Positions 15,171-29,100 of a DNA stretch of 64,000 nucleotides are shown in pieces. Positions within the stretch are counted from its first letter, which is position 1; each line of letters opens with the position of its first letter. The translations under genes and the position numbers were made by a program. This DNA comes from the human T2T-CHM13v2.0 reference genome, Homo sapiens: the NCBI RefSeq assembly GCF_009914755.1, contig NC_060947.1. One strand, 5' to 3'. The notes below the pieces were generated by a model. It was not told the origin of the DNA, searched no databases, and saw nothing but the letters and a program-made list of their open reading frames with translations.

Positions 15171-16744
15171 TAAATTTGCCTTAGGCCTGAGCAACATGTC
15201 TCCCAAACAGAAAGAATTTACTCTGCCTATAGTTGGGCAAGCCCTTTGGAAACATAAACATAATGATTTGAGGTAAATGCTGCCCTTCTCCACATGTAAA
15301 TAATACCCATTGCATTGAAAGAGCTTTGATTTATATTTATTATACATTCTGTCTTCTAGAAACACACTAGTTAAATAACAATAAATTCAAGCAACATGAA
15401 AAAAGAAAAGATTTTTTAAATCCCATGAATATATTTCTTTTGTACTATTTTAAGAAAATTCATTCATTCCATTAGAAATAATAATACCAACAATAAAAAT
15501 ACGGTGGTCGGGGAAGGAGTTCCATTTTCAGTTCTGGTAGAGCAGCTTATATCACAACAACCCTCCCACTGCAAACAGCTATAAAAGCTACGTAAAATGC
15601 AAAGAACATCAAGAGGCAATAAAAGAAGTCAGGACTTTTGAGGCCCAGGTCCTAAGAGTAATAATATACATTGAGATGGGTGTGGCCTTTTTTGTTTTTC
15701 CCTGCTTAGAGTCAGATTTTTATGGATAAATAAACAAACACTGCTGGGGTTTTGATTAGGATTAAAGAATACCATTAATGAACTTGACCTAATTGATGTA
15801 TGTAGAGCAATGCACTGTATAATTACAATATATAGTCTTCTCAGGTGTACTTAGAAAGTTACCAATGTTAACCATATTATGAACAATGAAACAAGTTTCA
15901 GAACATTTTAAAGGAGATTATGGTCTTCGCAGAGAATAGAATTAAATTAACTATCAGTATCAAAATGATAAATGGAAAAATCATTTAATAAATAAAAATT
16001 AGAATTGTTCTTTCTGTTATAAAGAAATTGAGGCTGTAATTCAAAACCTACTCTCATAACAAACTCCAAGTGCATTTGGCTTTACCAGCGAATTCGTTCA
16101 AATATTTAAGGAACGCATGAAATTACACCAATATTATATATGCTCTTCCCTAAAATAAGTAAGTTTTGCTACAGCTGGTCAGAGTGTAAACTGGTACCAT
16201 AACTACTTCATAAACTATTTGGCATCCTATACTAAAGTTAAATCAATGTAATCTTATGATCTAGTAGCTTTACCTCTATGTACTCATAAGAAATGTGCAT
16301 ATATATTTACCAAAATGCATTTTCAAGAACATTCATAACAGTATTTTTAATAAATGTCCCAACAGAAGAAACCCAAATGCCATTAATAGAAAAATAATTG
16401 CATGTGTATATTCATACAAATGAAATACTATGCTATTATGAAGATAAATTAATCACTGCTTCTCACCACAACATGGATGGATGAATGAAGCCAGCCACAA
16501 AATAGTACATGCAGAATGGCTCAATTTAAATAAATTTTACTTTATATAAAAGTCACACATAGCTAATTCATGGTGAAAGAAGCCAATAACAGTGTTCACA
16601 GAGGATAATAACTATGGAGAGGCCCATATAACTCAGTTTTCTGGTAACATTTTTTCTTGTATTAACTCTGCAAATTGAATGTTGTATTAATAGTTTCCAT
16701 CAGTCAAAATAGTGAGGTTCTCTTATTTCTATAAAATACTTTCA

Positions 16745-17745
16745 GTTTCATCCATGTTGTTTCAATGACAGGATTTCATTCTTTTTATGGCTGAATAGTA
16801 TTCCATTGTGTATATATACCACATTTTCGTTTTCTATTCATCCATTGATGGAACTTAAGTTAATTCTTATCTTGGCTATTGGCTATTGTGAATAGTGCTA
16901 CAGTAAACATGGTAGTGCAGCTATCTCTTCAATACTGACTTGCTTTATTTTGGATATATACCCAGTGATGGGATTCCTGGATCATATGGTACTTCTATTT
17001 TTTGTTTTTTTGAGGAATCTCCATACTGTTCTCTATAGTGGTTGTACTACTTTACATTCCCACCAACAGTGTACAATCATTCCCCTTTCTCTACATCCTT
17101 ACCATTATCTACTATTTTTTGTCTTTTTGATTAAAGCCATTTTATCTGGGGTGAGGTGATAGCTCATTGTGGTTTTGATTTGCATTTTTCTAATGATTAG
17201 TGATGGTGAGCATTTTTCATATACCTGTTTACCACTTGTATGTCTTCTTTTGAGAAATGTCTATTCAGAACTGTATTAGTCCATTCCAGCATTGCTATAA
17301 AGAAATACCTGAGGCTGAGTAATTTATAAAGAAAAGAGATTTAATTGGCTCATGGTTCTGCAGGCTGTACAGGAAGCATGATGCTGACATCTGCTTGACT
17401 TCTGGGCATGCCTCAGGAAATTTACAATCATGGCAGAAGGTGAAGGGGGAGCAGACACATCACATGGCCAGAGCAGGAGCAAAAGAGGGACGGGGGAGGT
17501 TCCATACATTTTTAAATGCCCAGATCTCGTGAGAACTCACTCACTATCACCAGGACAGTACAAAGGGGATGGTACTAAACCATTCATGAGAAATCCATCC
17601 CCATGATCTAATCATCTCCCACCAGACCCCACCTCCAACATTGGAGATTACATTTTGACATGAGATTTGGGCTGGGATAACATCCAAACTCTATCAAGAT
17701 CTCTTGCCCATTTTAAAATCAGATTATTTGGGCATTTTTCTTGAT
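16745..17745 (-). mobile_element. Antisense L1M ORF2 C-terminal/3' fragment interrupted by an MST LTR
   Basis: gaatagtattccattgtgtatatataccacatttt and ttacattcccaccaacagtg; L1 resumes after the LTR (agatctcttgcccatttt). Confidence 0.8.
17272..17696 (-). mobile_element. MSTA-like solo LTR (ERVL-MaLR)
   Basis: tgtattagtccatt...gctataaagaaatacctgag...atccaaactctatca; TG...CA ends and a near 5-bp TSD (agaac/agatc). Confidence 0.85.
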
Positions 17746-18499
17746 GTGAATACTTTATTAAATTAATGAATGCAAACCACCTATCACAGAACCTACTAGT
17801 AGGTGATGTTCGAGGAATATTGGTTCCTCTTTCCATACCTATGTGGTCATCTTGAAATTGTGTGACCTCCTTCACATAAGAACTGGGCAAGAGAATTTGG
17901 ATAATTTAGTGCAGTCTACCCAAAAATTCTTAACAGGAACTCCAAGCACGTATCTGCAGGGCAGCAGCAGCAACAGACTAGCCATTCTTTCCAGGGCTTC
18001 TTCCATAGCTAAAACTCAAAGAAACATTTATGCCCATGTTTCCAAGGAGGAACATATGGCCAGACATCAGCCATGTGTTCCTCCATGTTCTGAAATATAG
18101 AAAAAGATAAACTTCCCACATGATTTTTTTTTTTATTTTGCCTCGTTTTGTCCCTTAGACTTGACAGTTGTACATTTTATCTGTGGTAAAGGGGATGCAT
18201 TATTTACTTCTTCACTCAGTGAATACTTTTTCAGAGATTTTTCTCTTTCATATGAAGAGCACCCATCCCTTATTATGTGTTAATCAAACTTAATTTATAT
18301 TCTCTCTCAGCATTTTTTGTGTGTTTCTAATATATATTAAAATGTGACAAGAAGGTGTTTGAAAATAAAATTCTCATTCCATTGTGGTATATATACACAA
18401 TGGAATACTATTCAGCCATAAAAAGAATGAAATCCTGTCATTGAAACAACAGGGATTTAACTGCAAGTATTTTATAGAAATAAGAGAGCCTCACTATTT

Positions 18500-18903
18500 T
18501 GTTACGGGCTGAATTGTGTCCCCTTCAAAATTTATATATTGAAGTCTTAGCCCCTAGGACCTCTGAATGTGACTTAATTTGGTGATAGAATCTATAAAGA
18601 GGCATTTAAATTAAAAGGAAGTCAGAAGGTGAGCTCTAAACTAATATGACCTTATAAGAGGAGGAAGTTGGGGCACAGGCATGTACACACAGAGGAAAGA
18701 CCATACAGAGGAAAGACCATATTAAGATAAAGGAAGAGGATGACCATCTACAAGCCAAGCAAAGGGGCCCCAGAAGGAAACCAAACATGCTGAAACCTTG
18801 ATCTTGAATTTGTAGCTTCTAAAACTGTGAGAAAATAAATTTCTGTTGTTTAAAACATCCAGGCTGAGGTACTTTGTTATGGAAGCCCTGTCAAACTAAT
18901 GCA
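18500..18903 (+). mobile_element. MLT1A-like solo LTR
   Basis: tgttacgggctgaattgtgtcccc...aataaatttctgttgtttaa...aaactaatgca. Confidence 0.8.
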
Positions 18904-19639
18904 ACAACATTTCCTCCCATTAGATTTCTTAATTCGTGTATAGCTGGCCTGATAATGTCTTATCAGCTACCCCAACTCAATTGCTGCAAATACATTTTTA
19001 AAAGTTCTGGTGGTTGTAGTTGATTGCACACTTCTGTATGAGCCAATAATGTGAGGCAAGTCTTTAAAAGGGTAGCACAATCAGTCTGAGGTTACACCAT
19101 AGATATGGTTAACCATAGTGTGGTCTCCATAACATAGGAAGTCAAGATCCCCCTTCACTCTTGACCAGTCAGATTGCACCTAGAACATTTTTCTCAATTC
19201 TGCATACCACATTTAAAGAGGAAGACAAAACCCATGCGTTGTGCAGCTACCACATGTCGAGCATCAGACTATGTGCACTGTGTACACTTAGTCCTCCCAC
19301 CAACCCAATGAAGATGGTATTAATACCCACCTCCCATTGTACAGATGAGGAGACTGGGGCTAAATGAGGTCAAATAGGTTGCTCAAGGTCTTATAGCTTG
19401 TTAGTGCAGTGGTCAGGATTTGAACAAATTCTATGTAAGTTTATCATGAAACCACTTTGCAAGAAAAGAAGGGCAAACAGGGTGGGGAGGTATTTGGCTA
19501 CTGAGCCACCTGGGAAGTTTGGCAAAGGTTGAGTGTGGTTCATCTAAATAAAAGGAACCAAGAAACTCTTTAAATGTATTTGAGGGACTCTTGTCTCGAA
19601 CCAAGAAACTCTTGAAATATATTTGAGGGAACAGGATCA

Positions 19640-21880
19640 AGCAAGGACAGCTCTTCCAATTCTCCCATCTCTTCTACATTCTCTTAATTCATCTGGGCAA
19701 CAACCTGGTCATCCCCATCCCCTACAAAACCTTCCCACCGGACATCTGTACTTCTCCTCCCATGGTTAATAGCCTCCCCTACACCCTCAACTATTCTCTG
19801 AACATCTCCACAACTTCATGGCCTTCTTTCCTCCAGAAGACCCCATGGCCTACAGACAGCTAAGCTACAGCAGTTGGCTCTCCAACTACTCTACATGCCA
19901 TGCTATGAGAGTGGACTAGGCTATGAGAGTTGTTTTTTTCCTAGCTCCTCATTGACATTTCTATACTTTCAATCCTTCCACTGCATGCAGATCCCTGTGC
20001 CCCACTGAGGTGTGGGCCTCTCGGCTCTAATTCCCTCTGCCCCTCCTTTGTAATGGGGGTGGTCCATGTACTGCTGTGTCCTCACATGAGTTGCTTTATT
20101 AAGAACTCGGGCACTGCATTGCAGCCTGCCTCTCCTCGCTAACATTTGCCATCTTTCTGGGTGACTTCAGTGGATCCAATACCCTGCCTCAGTCATCCTT
20201 GACTTCCTCATTCAGAGATCTTCACCTCCATGGACTCCCATAGCCACACTCTGAACCCTGTCATCTCTCAGAAGTGCACTGCTTCTGAAATCTGCATCTC
20301 ATACACCCATCCTCTGACTACCACCTCCTGTTCCCTGGCTTCCTAATTCACTCACACCCAAGATGACTGTCCTTCAACCTCATCAAACTTTGAGTTCTTT
20401 TTGACTCTTTGACTTTGCTCCCATCTTGTGTTCACTTCTTGGCATTCTACTCATCTTAGACTCAGTTCACTTCTGCCATTTTCTTGCACAAATCCTGAAT
20501 TCTCTCATGCAGTGCCCTTCTGTACCACCTGCAGGCAAAAACCAACCCTGATCAACTCAATTGTCCTCTATACTTGCTCGTGGGTGGGTAAGAAAAGCTA
20601 GAAAAGCTACCCACAGACTCCTACCATTACTGATTTATGAGCTCCAGGCTCAACTGGGCCCTTATCTGGGCCTGGAAATCATTTTGCATTTCTACAGTCA
20701 AGTCTCCTTTCTGAACAAAAGATACAACATTGAAAACTGTCTTCTGTTTCCTGAAATGTCTACTCACTACCTCACTTTCAACAGATAACCTTGCCCTCTC
20801 TTTCACAAAGGAAATGGAAACCACAAAGAGGAAGTCCCTCACCCTGCTGTCCCCAGCCCTACAAATCCTCCTGCATCTGCACTCTGCTCCTTCCCTCTTT
20901 TTACAGAGAGGAGGCCCCTCCTGTCTAAAGCAAATTCCATTTCCTTCCTGCCTTGGGCTCAGAAATCTCACCCCATCCAAAATCTTCCATGGTTAGCCTG
21001 TCCCTTTGTTGCGACTCTTTCTCAATATTTACAAGCTCCTATATTTTTTAAAATAATAAAACTAGGTCCTCCTGGTGTTCACATGTTTTCCCAATTGTAG
21101 CCAAGTCCTCTCATTCTTATCACAGCCTCAGACATTTTGAGGTGTCTCACTACCTCACCTCAACCCACAACATCTGGCTTCCCTCATTGTTTTCCAGTAG
21201 GCCCCTTACTGGGGTCACTGTCAACTTCTTATTGTTAAACCAAGGGTCACTTATCAGCCCATTTTTATTTACACTCTTGGCATCAAATGTGTAGTACCTG
21301 AGACTCCAGTAGTTGCCAAGCCCCATAGTTGCAGATTTGCATTCTCTTCCCTGCCTGCCTTTTCTCTTCTCTATTTCAGACCCCTCTTCTTCTGCTGTCC
21401 TTCAAACCAAGATCTCCAAGCAGCGTTCTTCTTTGGGGCATCCTCCTTTCTAACTGCTGCACTCTCTTGTGACTTTGTTTACCTTATCCTTATCCATGAC
21501 ACCCATACCTATGTCTCCAGGCCAGATGGCCAGATGTCGTTATTGGACTCCACCTTTATGCATCCAACTAACCAGCCAATATGTCCCACTTAGAGATGGT
21601 CCCTGCCCAACTCATCTAAACTCAATCCTGTGAAAAGCTGTATTCATTCTCTTTCTCCACATAATGGTTATTCTTGCTGTGCATTTTTTCCAGGGGATGA
21701 CATTATCATTAACTCAGATTCCCAAGCCAGAAACCTGAGGCCAGCCTTGGCCCCTTCCTGCCTCTCAGCCCCATTTTAGCTTATTATTCAGTCAACAATT
21801 CATGGAAATATTACTTTTGAGTCTTTCCATTTCTCTTTCTTGCCATTCTCTGTATTCTCATCTAATTCACATCACTAATA
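19640..21880 (+). mobile_element. Ancient L2 LINE remnant
   Basis: C/T-rich strand with L2-like motifs (gccacactctgaaccctgtcatc...ctctgactaccacctcctg; ccaagccagaaacctga). Confidence 0.6.
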
Positions 21881-22004
21881 TCTCTCCATGTGGTGGTGTA
21901 ATGTGTATTTGCTATATTCTTTCAGAATATTCAATTATGCTGTAAAAGACAAGAAAATAAATGGGATGAATGAAATTCATACAATGTGCTAGGCAAAGAT
22001 GACT

Positions 22005-22400
22005 GTTGTAGTCAGGTCTGACTGCCATAACAAAATACCATGGACTAGATTGCTTCAAAACAGAAATTTATTTCTCACAGCTCTGGGAGCTAGACATCAA
22101 GATTAGGGTGCCAGCATGGGCAGGTTCTGTGAGTGCCCTCTTCTGGGCTTGCTATTGACTGCCTTATTGCTGTGTCCTCCCATGACCTTTCCTCAGTTTG
22201 TGTGTGCTCAATGTGAAGAAAGGATTTCTCTCACTTTTCCTTTTCTTATACAACCACCAATTATATCATATTAGAGCTCAAACCTTATGAACTAATTTAA
22301 TCTTAATTACTTCCTAAAAGCCCTATCTCCAAATACAGTCATATTAGACATCAGGACTTCAACATATGAATTTTGGAAGGGCATAATTCAGCCCATAGCA
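22005..22400 (-). mobile_element. MLT1A-like solo LTR
   Basis: ctgccataacaaaatacca...cagaaatttatttctcacag...cataattcagcccatagca. Confidence 0.75.
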
Positions 22401-23865
22401 ATAAATAACTTATTAACCTTGAAGGCATGTAAGATAAGTGAAGTAAGTAGAACATATATGTGTGAACATATAAAATGATGGAAAGATCAAGGAAACACTA
22501 ATACTTATTGATATATGTGATAAATATACATGAGGTACAGGGGGCACACCATTTTTACTTCAGGAATGTGAAGCACTCTGTATTTATGAAGTCTTAATTT
22601 GGCCACCCATTGGTGACACCCATCTTGGTCCCATGTGTCCTATGCCTAAGAAATACAATTAAGCTTTTAGCTGTTCAGCAGCCTTATTAGCAAGCCACAA
22701 CTGTAGCCAGGTGTACTTGTCTTAGCATCTCTCAGAGGACAGTGCATGTCACTGCTCCCAAGCCCCTTCCCTCTGTGGACCCCATACTCAAACCTCAACT
22801 CTGGTGTTTATAACCATACCATTAGCAAGGAAGACTGACTGATGCAACAGAGAGAAAGGATGAATGCCCAATCCATACCCCAGGATTCAAGTAAAGTAGT
22901 TCTGCTTTTTTGAACACTGTCCTACATGTGTGAACCTATCTCATCTCTTTCCCTTTGATTATTGCTGTGTGCATTAAAATTTACTTGGTAAATGGTTTGT
23001 GACCTCTGGGATAGTTTGCCTGGTGATTTACTTGGAGGCTACCATTGCATCAAGGTAATTTCCCACGACAGATGGATTGTATTAATGATCTCAATCTTTG
23101 ACCCTTCCCTAAATGTACACCCTTTGCTATGTGACTTTACAGTTTCTTCAATCAAAAGACAAAATGTGTTTTCCTGTCCTTTGAAATTTAACTCAGCCAT
23201 GTGGTGTGTCTTGCCCAGTGGAGTGTTAGCAGACATGATACTAGCAGAGGCTTGATAGAATTCTTGTCTGCTTGGGCTTGCCCACCTGAACCTCTTCCAT
23301 ATCTATGCGAAGGATGTGCCCAAGCTTGCTCACTTTTCCCAGGAGGAAAATAAAACACACAGAGTGTGAAGCCAATCTTAGCCAAACCCAGTCTATATGA
23401 CTCTCAGCTTTCTGTAGATGCCCAGACAAACCAAGTTTAGATTAGCCATCTATCATCTGATCTGTATGCTCATGAGAAATCGTCTTTAAATGTTGTTTTA
23501 AGCCACTGAGTTTGGGGTACTTTCTTATACAGTAATACTCACTTAGACAAATTCTGTAGCCTCTTAACTTGTTTTCCTGCTACATTACTCCCCTCCAATC
23601 TATTTCTTACTGAAGTCATTGTGCTCTTCTACAACACAAGTCTGATTACCTTATTTCCTTTCTTAAACCATTTGATGAAGCTTATATTTATCTTTAGATT
23701 AAATTACAAACTTCTGCATAAGCTTGTCCCTGTTTATTCAACTAGCCAGCCTCATTTCTCCACCTATAAATTTCAACTATGGTGAACTATTTATATATCC
23801 TTAACTGAGCCATTCTCTCTCTTACTTCTAGGCCTTTAAACATATCATTTTCTCTATAGGGGATA

Positions 23866-24311
23866 TGTATTAGTTTCCTAGGGCTGCTATAATAAAGTAT
23901 CACCAACTGGGTAGTAGCTTTAAACAACAGAAATTTATTGTCTCATATTTCTAGAGTCTAGAGGTCTGAAATCAAGATGTCAGCAAGATCTCACTCCCTC
24001 TGAAACAACACTCATCCTTGCATCTTTCTAGCTTCAAGCGGTTGCTAGTAATCCTTGGCATTCTTTGCCTTCTAGCTGCAGCACTTCAATCTCTGCCTCT
24101 ATCATCACATGATCTTCTTCCCTCATGTCTTCACATCCGCTTCTTATAAGGACACCAGTCATGTTGGATTAAGGGTCCATTTTACTCCAGTATGACCTTA
24201 TCTTAACTAAATATATCTGCAACAATCTTACTTCCAAATAAGGTCACATTCCAAGGTACTGGTATTTAGGACATCAACATATATTGGGGGGACACAATTC
24301 AATCCATAGCA
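23866..24311 (-). mobile_element. MLT1B/C-like solo LTR
   Basis: tgtattagtttcctagggctgc...ggggacacaattcaatccatagca. Confidence 0.8.
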
Positions 24312-25855
24312 GAATACTCTTCCAAATGGCCTTTTCTGGCCATTAATCCTACTCATTCATCAGATCTCATCCTTGCTATCAGTTTTCCTTGGAAATCATT
24401 CCTTGTCTCCAAGATCTAGTTAAGTGCCACTTAACTTATGTATACATAAGATGTCATGAGTTGCTGAATATGGAACAATTACATTAAAAACTTTGATTTA
24501 GTGGCCTCCAAATTAATGGGATCTTATTTTATTATGATCTTATTTTATTATGAATGTAATGGTGGTACACCGAGGTTTGATATGGGCTTTGTTTTGTACT
24601 AGATATATATCTCTAAGGCATATTATAAAGCCATATTGGACCAGAAATTCAAATACTTTCATGACTTCCTCTCAATTCCTCATTGCTGTTTCCCTTTGTA
24701 TATCAGCATTATGTGTCTTTCTAGATGCAGACAAGCTTTCTTTGCTCTTTGTCACATAGAAACTTATGGCCATTCTGTTGTCCCCCAGGTGAGTTTAGGT
24801 ATTACTCACTTGAGGTATTACAGTCACTCACAAGGACAGAGATAGGGTATCCAAAAATTCCAGGTAAAATAATCTGGTTTGCCCAGCTTAGGGTAGTGTT
24901 AACCAGTTAACCAACCAGCTATGGCCTGGGATAAGGTTATGCAGTTCAAACATGATTTCTGTGGGTATGTGGGTGTCAGTGTTCTCTGAAAAATGGGATT
25001 TATTAACTGGTGGTTGGAACCATACCCCAAATGTAGTGGTGTTCATCATAGTGTAATTATGTAACAGATTGGCTTCGCCTACTTAATAGAAATAGTACTA
25101 ATGAGTCAGAGGACATAGGTTCCATTCCCAAATTAGTAAGGGAGATTTTCTTGGTTCATTGCCAAATAGCACATTGAGCTATGGATAATTGTCTCAATAA
25201 CACTTTGGTAAGAATGTTTCCCCATTCCTTTCCTGGTCTAGCTTTCATAAACTATAGAGAAGAAATGAGGAATGGGGACTTCACAAACTCCAAGAAAATA
25301 AAGACTAAAATTTATTTCCTGATAGACCTTGACTTCACGGAGGGCAGGAAATGCCTCTTATTTATCTTTGTCTTTTTTGTCCCTCCCCAGAAACTAAAAC
25401 ACTTCATGGGCCATATAAATCTTCTAGTAGACCGAATTAAAATGGACTGGACCAGGCCATTTTTAACTTCAGACACAGGATGATTTGAATACTATTGAAA
25501 GCAATGTGTAAACAAGATGTCATGGGTTGCTAAATATGGAACCAATACAATATAAACTTCTCATGTTACACCACTAACTACACTGTGTATTAATTGCCTG
25601 TGAACACTTCTGCACCATCCACTAGGCTATGAGTTCCATGAAGAATGAGAAAACCATGTTTGTCATGGTTACCACTGTTTCCATAATACCTAGAATGGTA
25701 GATTGATTGTAGTAATAAAATCAAGTAATGGCTTTTCTCTAGCCACACTTTACGGCTGCAGCTTTGTGATACCATCTCACTCTGAGTCATTGGCCAAGTG
25801 ACTTGCTTTGGCCAATCAAATGTTAGCAAATGTGATGCAAGAAGAGGTTTGAAAA

Positions 25856-26160
25856 GCTCACACCTGTAATCCCCGCACTTGGGGAGACTAATGTGGGCAG
25901 ATCACATGAGGCCAGGAGTTTGGGACCAGCCTGGCCAACATACTGAAACTCTGTTTCTACTAAAAATATAAAAATTAGGCAGGTGTGGTGGCTCACATCT
26001 GTAATCCCAGCTACTCAGGAGGCTGAGGCATGAGTATCGCTTGAGCCTGGGAGGCAGAGGTTGTAGTGAGCCAAAATCTTGCCACTATACTCCAGCCTGG
26101 GCAACACAGCGAGACTCTGTCTCAAAAAAAAAAAGAAAAAGAAAAAGAAAGAAAAGAAAA
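25856..26160 (+). mobile_element. Slightly 5'-truncated Alu inserted in an old MLT1-type LTR
   Basis: Alu body with an A/GAAAA tail; TSD gaaaagctca at 25851-25860 and 26161-26170. Confidence 0.9.
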
Positions 26161-29100
26161 GAAAAGCTCATATATATTTCCTCTTGCTCTTTTGTAAGAT
26201 TTGGCTCACTCACTGTTGCATCTTTAACTCATCATGAGAGTAAGTCTGGGTTAGCTTTCTGGAAGGATAAGAGGAACCAATGAAGAAAAACTGAAGCCAT
26301 CCTAAACCAGCTAAGAACCAGATGCCTTTCAAACATATGAATGAGTTCAGCCAAGATCAACAGAGCCACCTATCCAACCCAAAGATGAGTGCAGATATAT
26401 AAGTGACCCTGGTGAAGACCAAGAGAACTACCTAGACAACTCATGGACCCAAGAACAATAATGCATGATTAATATTTTAAGCCACGATGATCTGCAGTAG
26501 TTTCTATGCAACATTTTTGTAGCAATGAATGATAAATATATCTAACCCTCAAGATTTGTTCCAGGTGCTCTTTTTTCTCAAGCCTCTTTAAATAAGTTCT
26601 CTAACCCAAAACAGTAGATCAATTATTTTCTCTGCTTGTTTTCATGGAGTTCTCTCACCTCACTTATTTTAGGCTACATTTATGTTCATCATTTCCTATA
26701 ACTTATCAGTTGATGGGCCTTGAAACTGTGACTCTCTAATTTCCTACTTGTCTCTCTTTTCTCTTTTCCAAATTGATAAATATATATTAGAAATACAGTG
26801 GCCATTTTTTCTTTTTCTTTTCACACATACTTTTAGCAAGTTTATTTTTCCTCTTAACTGCTAGGCCTTATGTCACTCTTATCCACTCAGTGTTATGCCA
26901 AAGCCATTGCATACTTGGTCATGAAAGCTAATTGCTAAACTTTCAGAAATTTTGTAAACTGGATATTAAATATAACCATCTTTGAAATCTGCCATGGTGG
27001 AAGTATTTACACCACAGAAATGGGCAAATTCTACAAATCAGGGCTGCCTCTCTAAATCCAGAGATGCAGTTATTAAACATGTACTAGTGTATGTACCATT
27101 GTCTATACCATTTATATTTTATTGATGAAACCCACTCACCTTTCAACCTCTCTCAGAGGGGCAGATGTACTGCCTGAGGGATTAGAAAGCTGAGAGGAGA
27201 TAGGTAAAGGTAGTAGAATCTCTGGAAACAGAATATAAAAATTTGATTTCCTATGCATCTGTGTCTCATGGATGCACAAATTTCTGCAGCATTCTTTCTA
27301 CAGACTGTCTTAACTGGAAAAGGCATTATGTGTGTGGGTGTGACCAAAACTCTAGCATTTACTTTCCTCACTGGTGCTGTGATAGAAATTACCCAATCCT
27401 TAGCTGCCCATCCTATAAAGCTCCTTCTTGTGCTTGAAGAATCCACCACTGTGACAGAAGACGAAAAGCTGAAATATTTATTCTCTTTGATTCTTGGCAG
27501 ATGGAGCAAAAGCAGAAACATAATGAGATGCTTCCAGGACTTTATATATTGATGAGAAGTAGGAGAGTTTAGAATCCCATTCTACTGCCAGTGCTGGTGG
27601 TAGATGCCACTGATCCAGATGTTTTCCTTTGGCATCACCTTGGCTTCCCTTTATTCTTGCCTTGTTTCCCCTTCTGTTTCTCCAACCTTCCTGTCAATCT
27701 ATCAAGACATTGTGTAGCTTTTTGATAAGTTATGTTTTGACAGAGTTAATCAAAAGTTGGCTTCTGTTGTTTGCAACTAAATGCCCTGCTTAAAACAAGC
27801 AACATGCTGAGAAATCCATGAAGGTGCCACCAGTGGATATGGGAGACATGAAGTGGCTGTTGATGCCACCACCTGGATGTGGTGCCTGGTTTATGCAGCT
27901 AGACTTCCACTAATGGATTAACTCAGTTGAAAGGAGTGTAGCTGACTTTCACATTCAGTTATGCTTTTTCTATAATATTAAAGCTCTTCATTTAAGTAAT
28001 TTAAATAAAAGTAAAGTATGCTGCATTGAAGAGGATATATAATTTTGAGAAAGATGTAGTCACTAACACTGAGAGAAATAAGGCATATATTTTTTTCATT
28101 AATCTTTCATTGTTCTCCCTCAGAGCTTGACCTAACAGTTTCCACCCATGACTTTTCCTTGAGTACTATAAAATTAAGTTAAATTTTCTTGGCTATTCCT
28201 TCTTTGACTGATTGTCTTTGGCTCCTAAATCCTTTAGCAACTTTGCACCAAAAGCACTAGCACCATTTATCTCTTGATTTAGAAACAAAGAGATACAATT
28301 ATGACTATATTTTCTCAATATCTGAGCTAATATTAGAGGAATAGCTAGATCTGCCTCTTCATGACATTTAGAAGAAAGTAAGACTCTGGATATCACTCTC
28401 AGTTTTGTCCTTTCTTTTATTGTGACAAAAACAAAAGAAAATGTACTTGATGGCAAGGTCTTTATGAAAATCTCATGAAAATCTTTTGGTTTTCTATTCA
28501 AAGTGAGTTTTGTTACATAGTTAAGTTCATTAATTTCGCTTTGAATTTTAAAGATTGCTCTTTGAATATAAATTAGGTTTTCTACAAGTATATAAAATAT
28601 TTTATTGTTTCCAAGCAAATATATAAAACAAGGCACAGTCAGAAAAATAAAGATTTGATTAAACCAATTTTCTTAGATACCTGCTAGTATATTATACATA
28701 CATTTCCTACATATAACTTTTAAAGTGGTACCTAAAATGAAGCTAATTCACAAATTAAAAAAATTTAAACAGTAAAGAAATAAAACAGAGAAATTCAATA
28801 AAGACAATACTTCTGCCTTTACCCTCACTTCCTGCTTTCTCTGAGCCTAGAAATCAGCCAGAGGTAGAAGTTTAAGTTCTTCTTAGCTATTTTCCAAGTA
28901 TGTATCTTGCCCAGGACATGTGTGTGGGCTTTAGTTTTCCTAGTCTACATGGAAGCTTTTCAAAGCCCTTATTCACCCAAGGAATCTCACACCAAAGATT
29001 TTCCTGCCAGAGTTTTATTGTGTCCTTTGTTTGTTCCAAATGTTTTTATTTATTTATTTATTGCCCTAGATGATAGTGGCTTGCTTTTCAAAGTTTTGAG

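Noticed and set aside
27153-28636. 122-aa and 147-aa minus-strand ORFs
   Set aside because: No motif or exon context; they lie in old LTR-like or AT-rich DNA and are probably chance.
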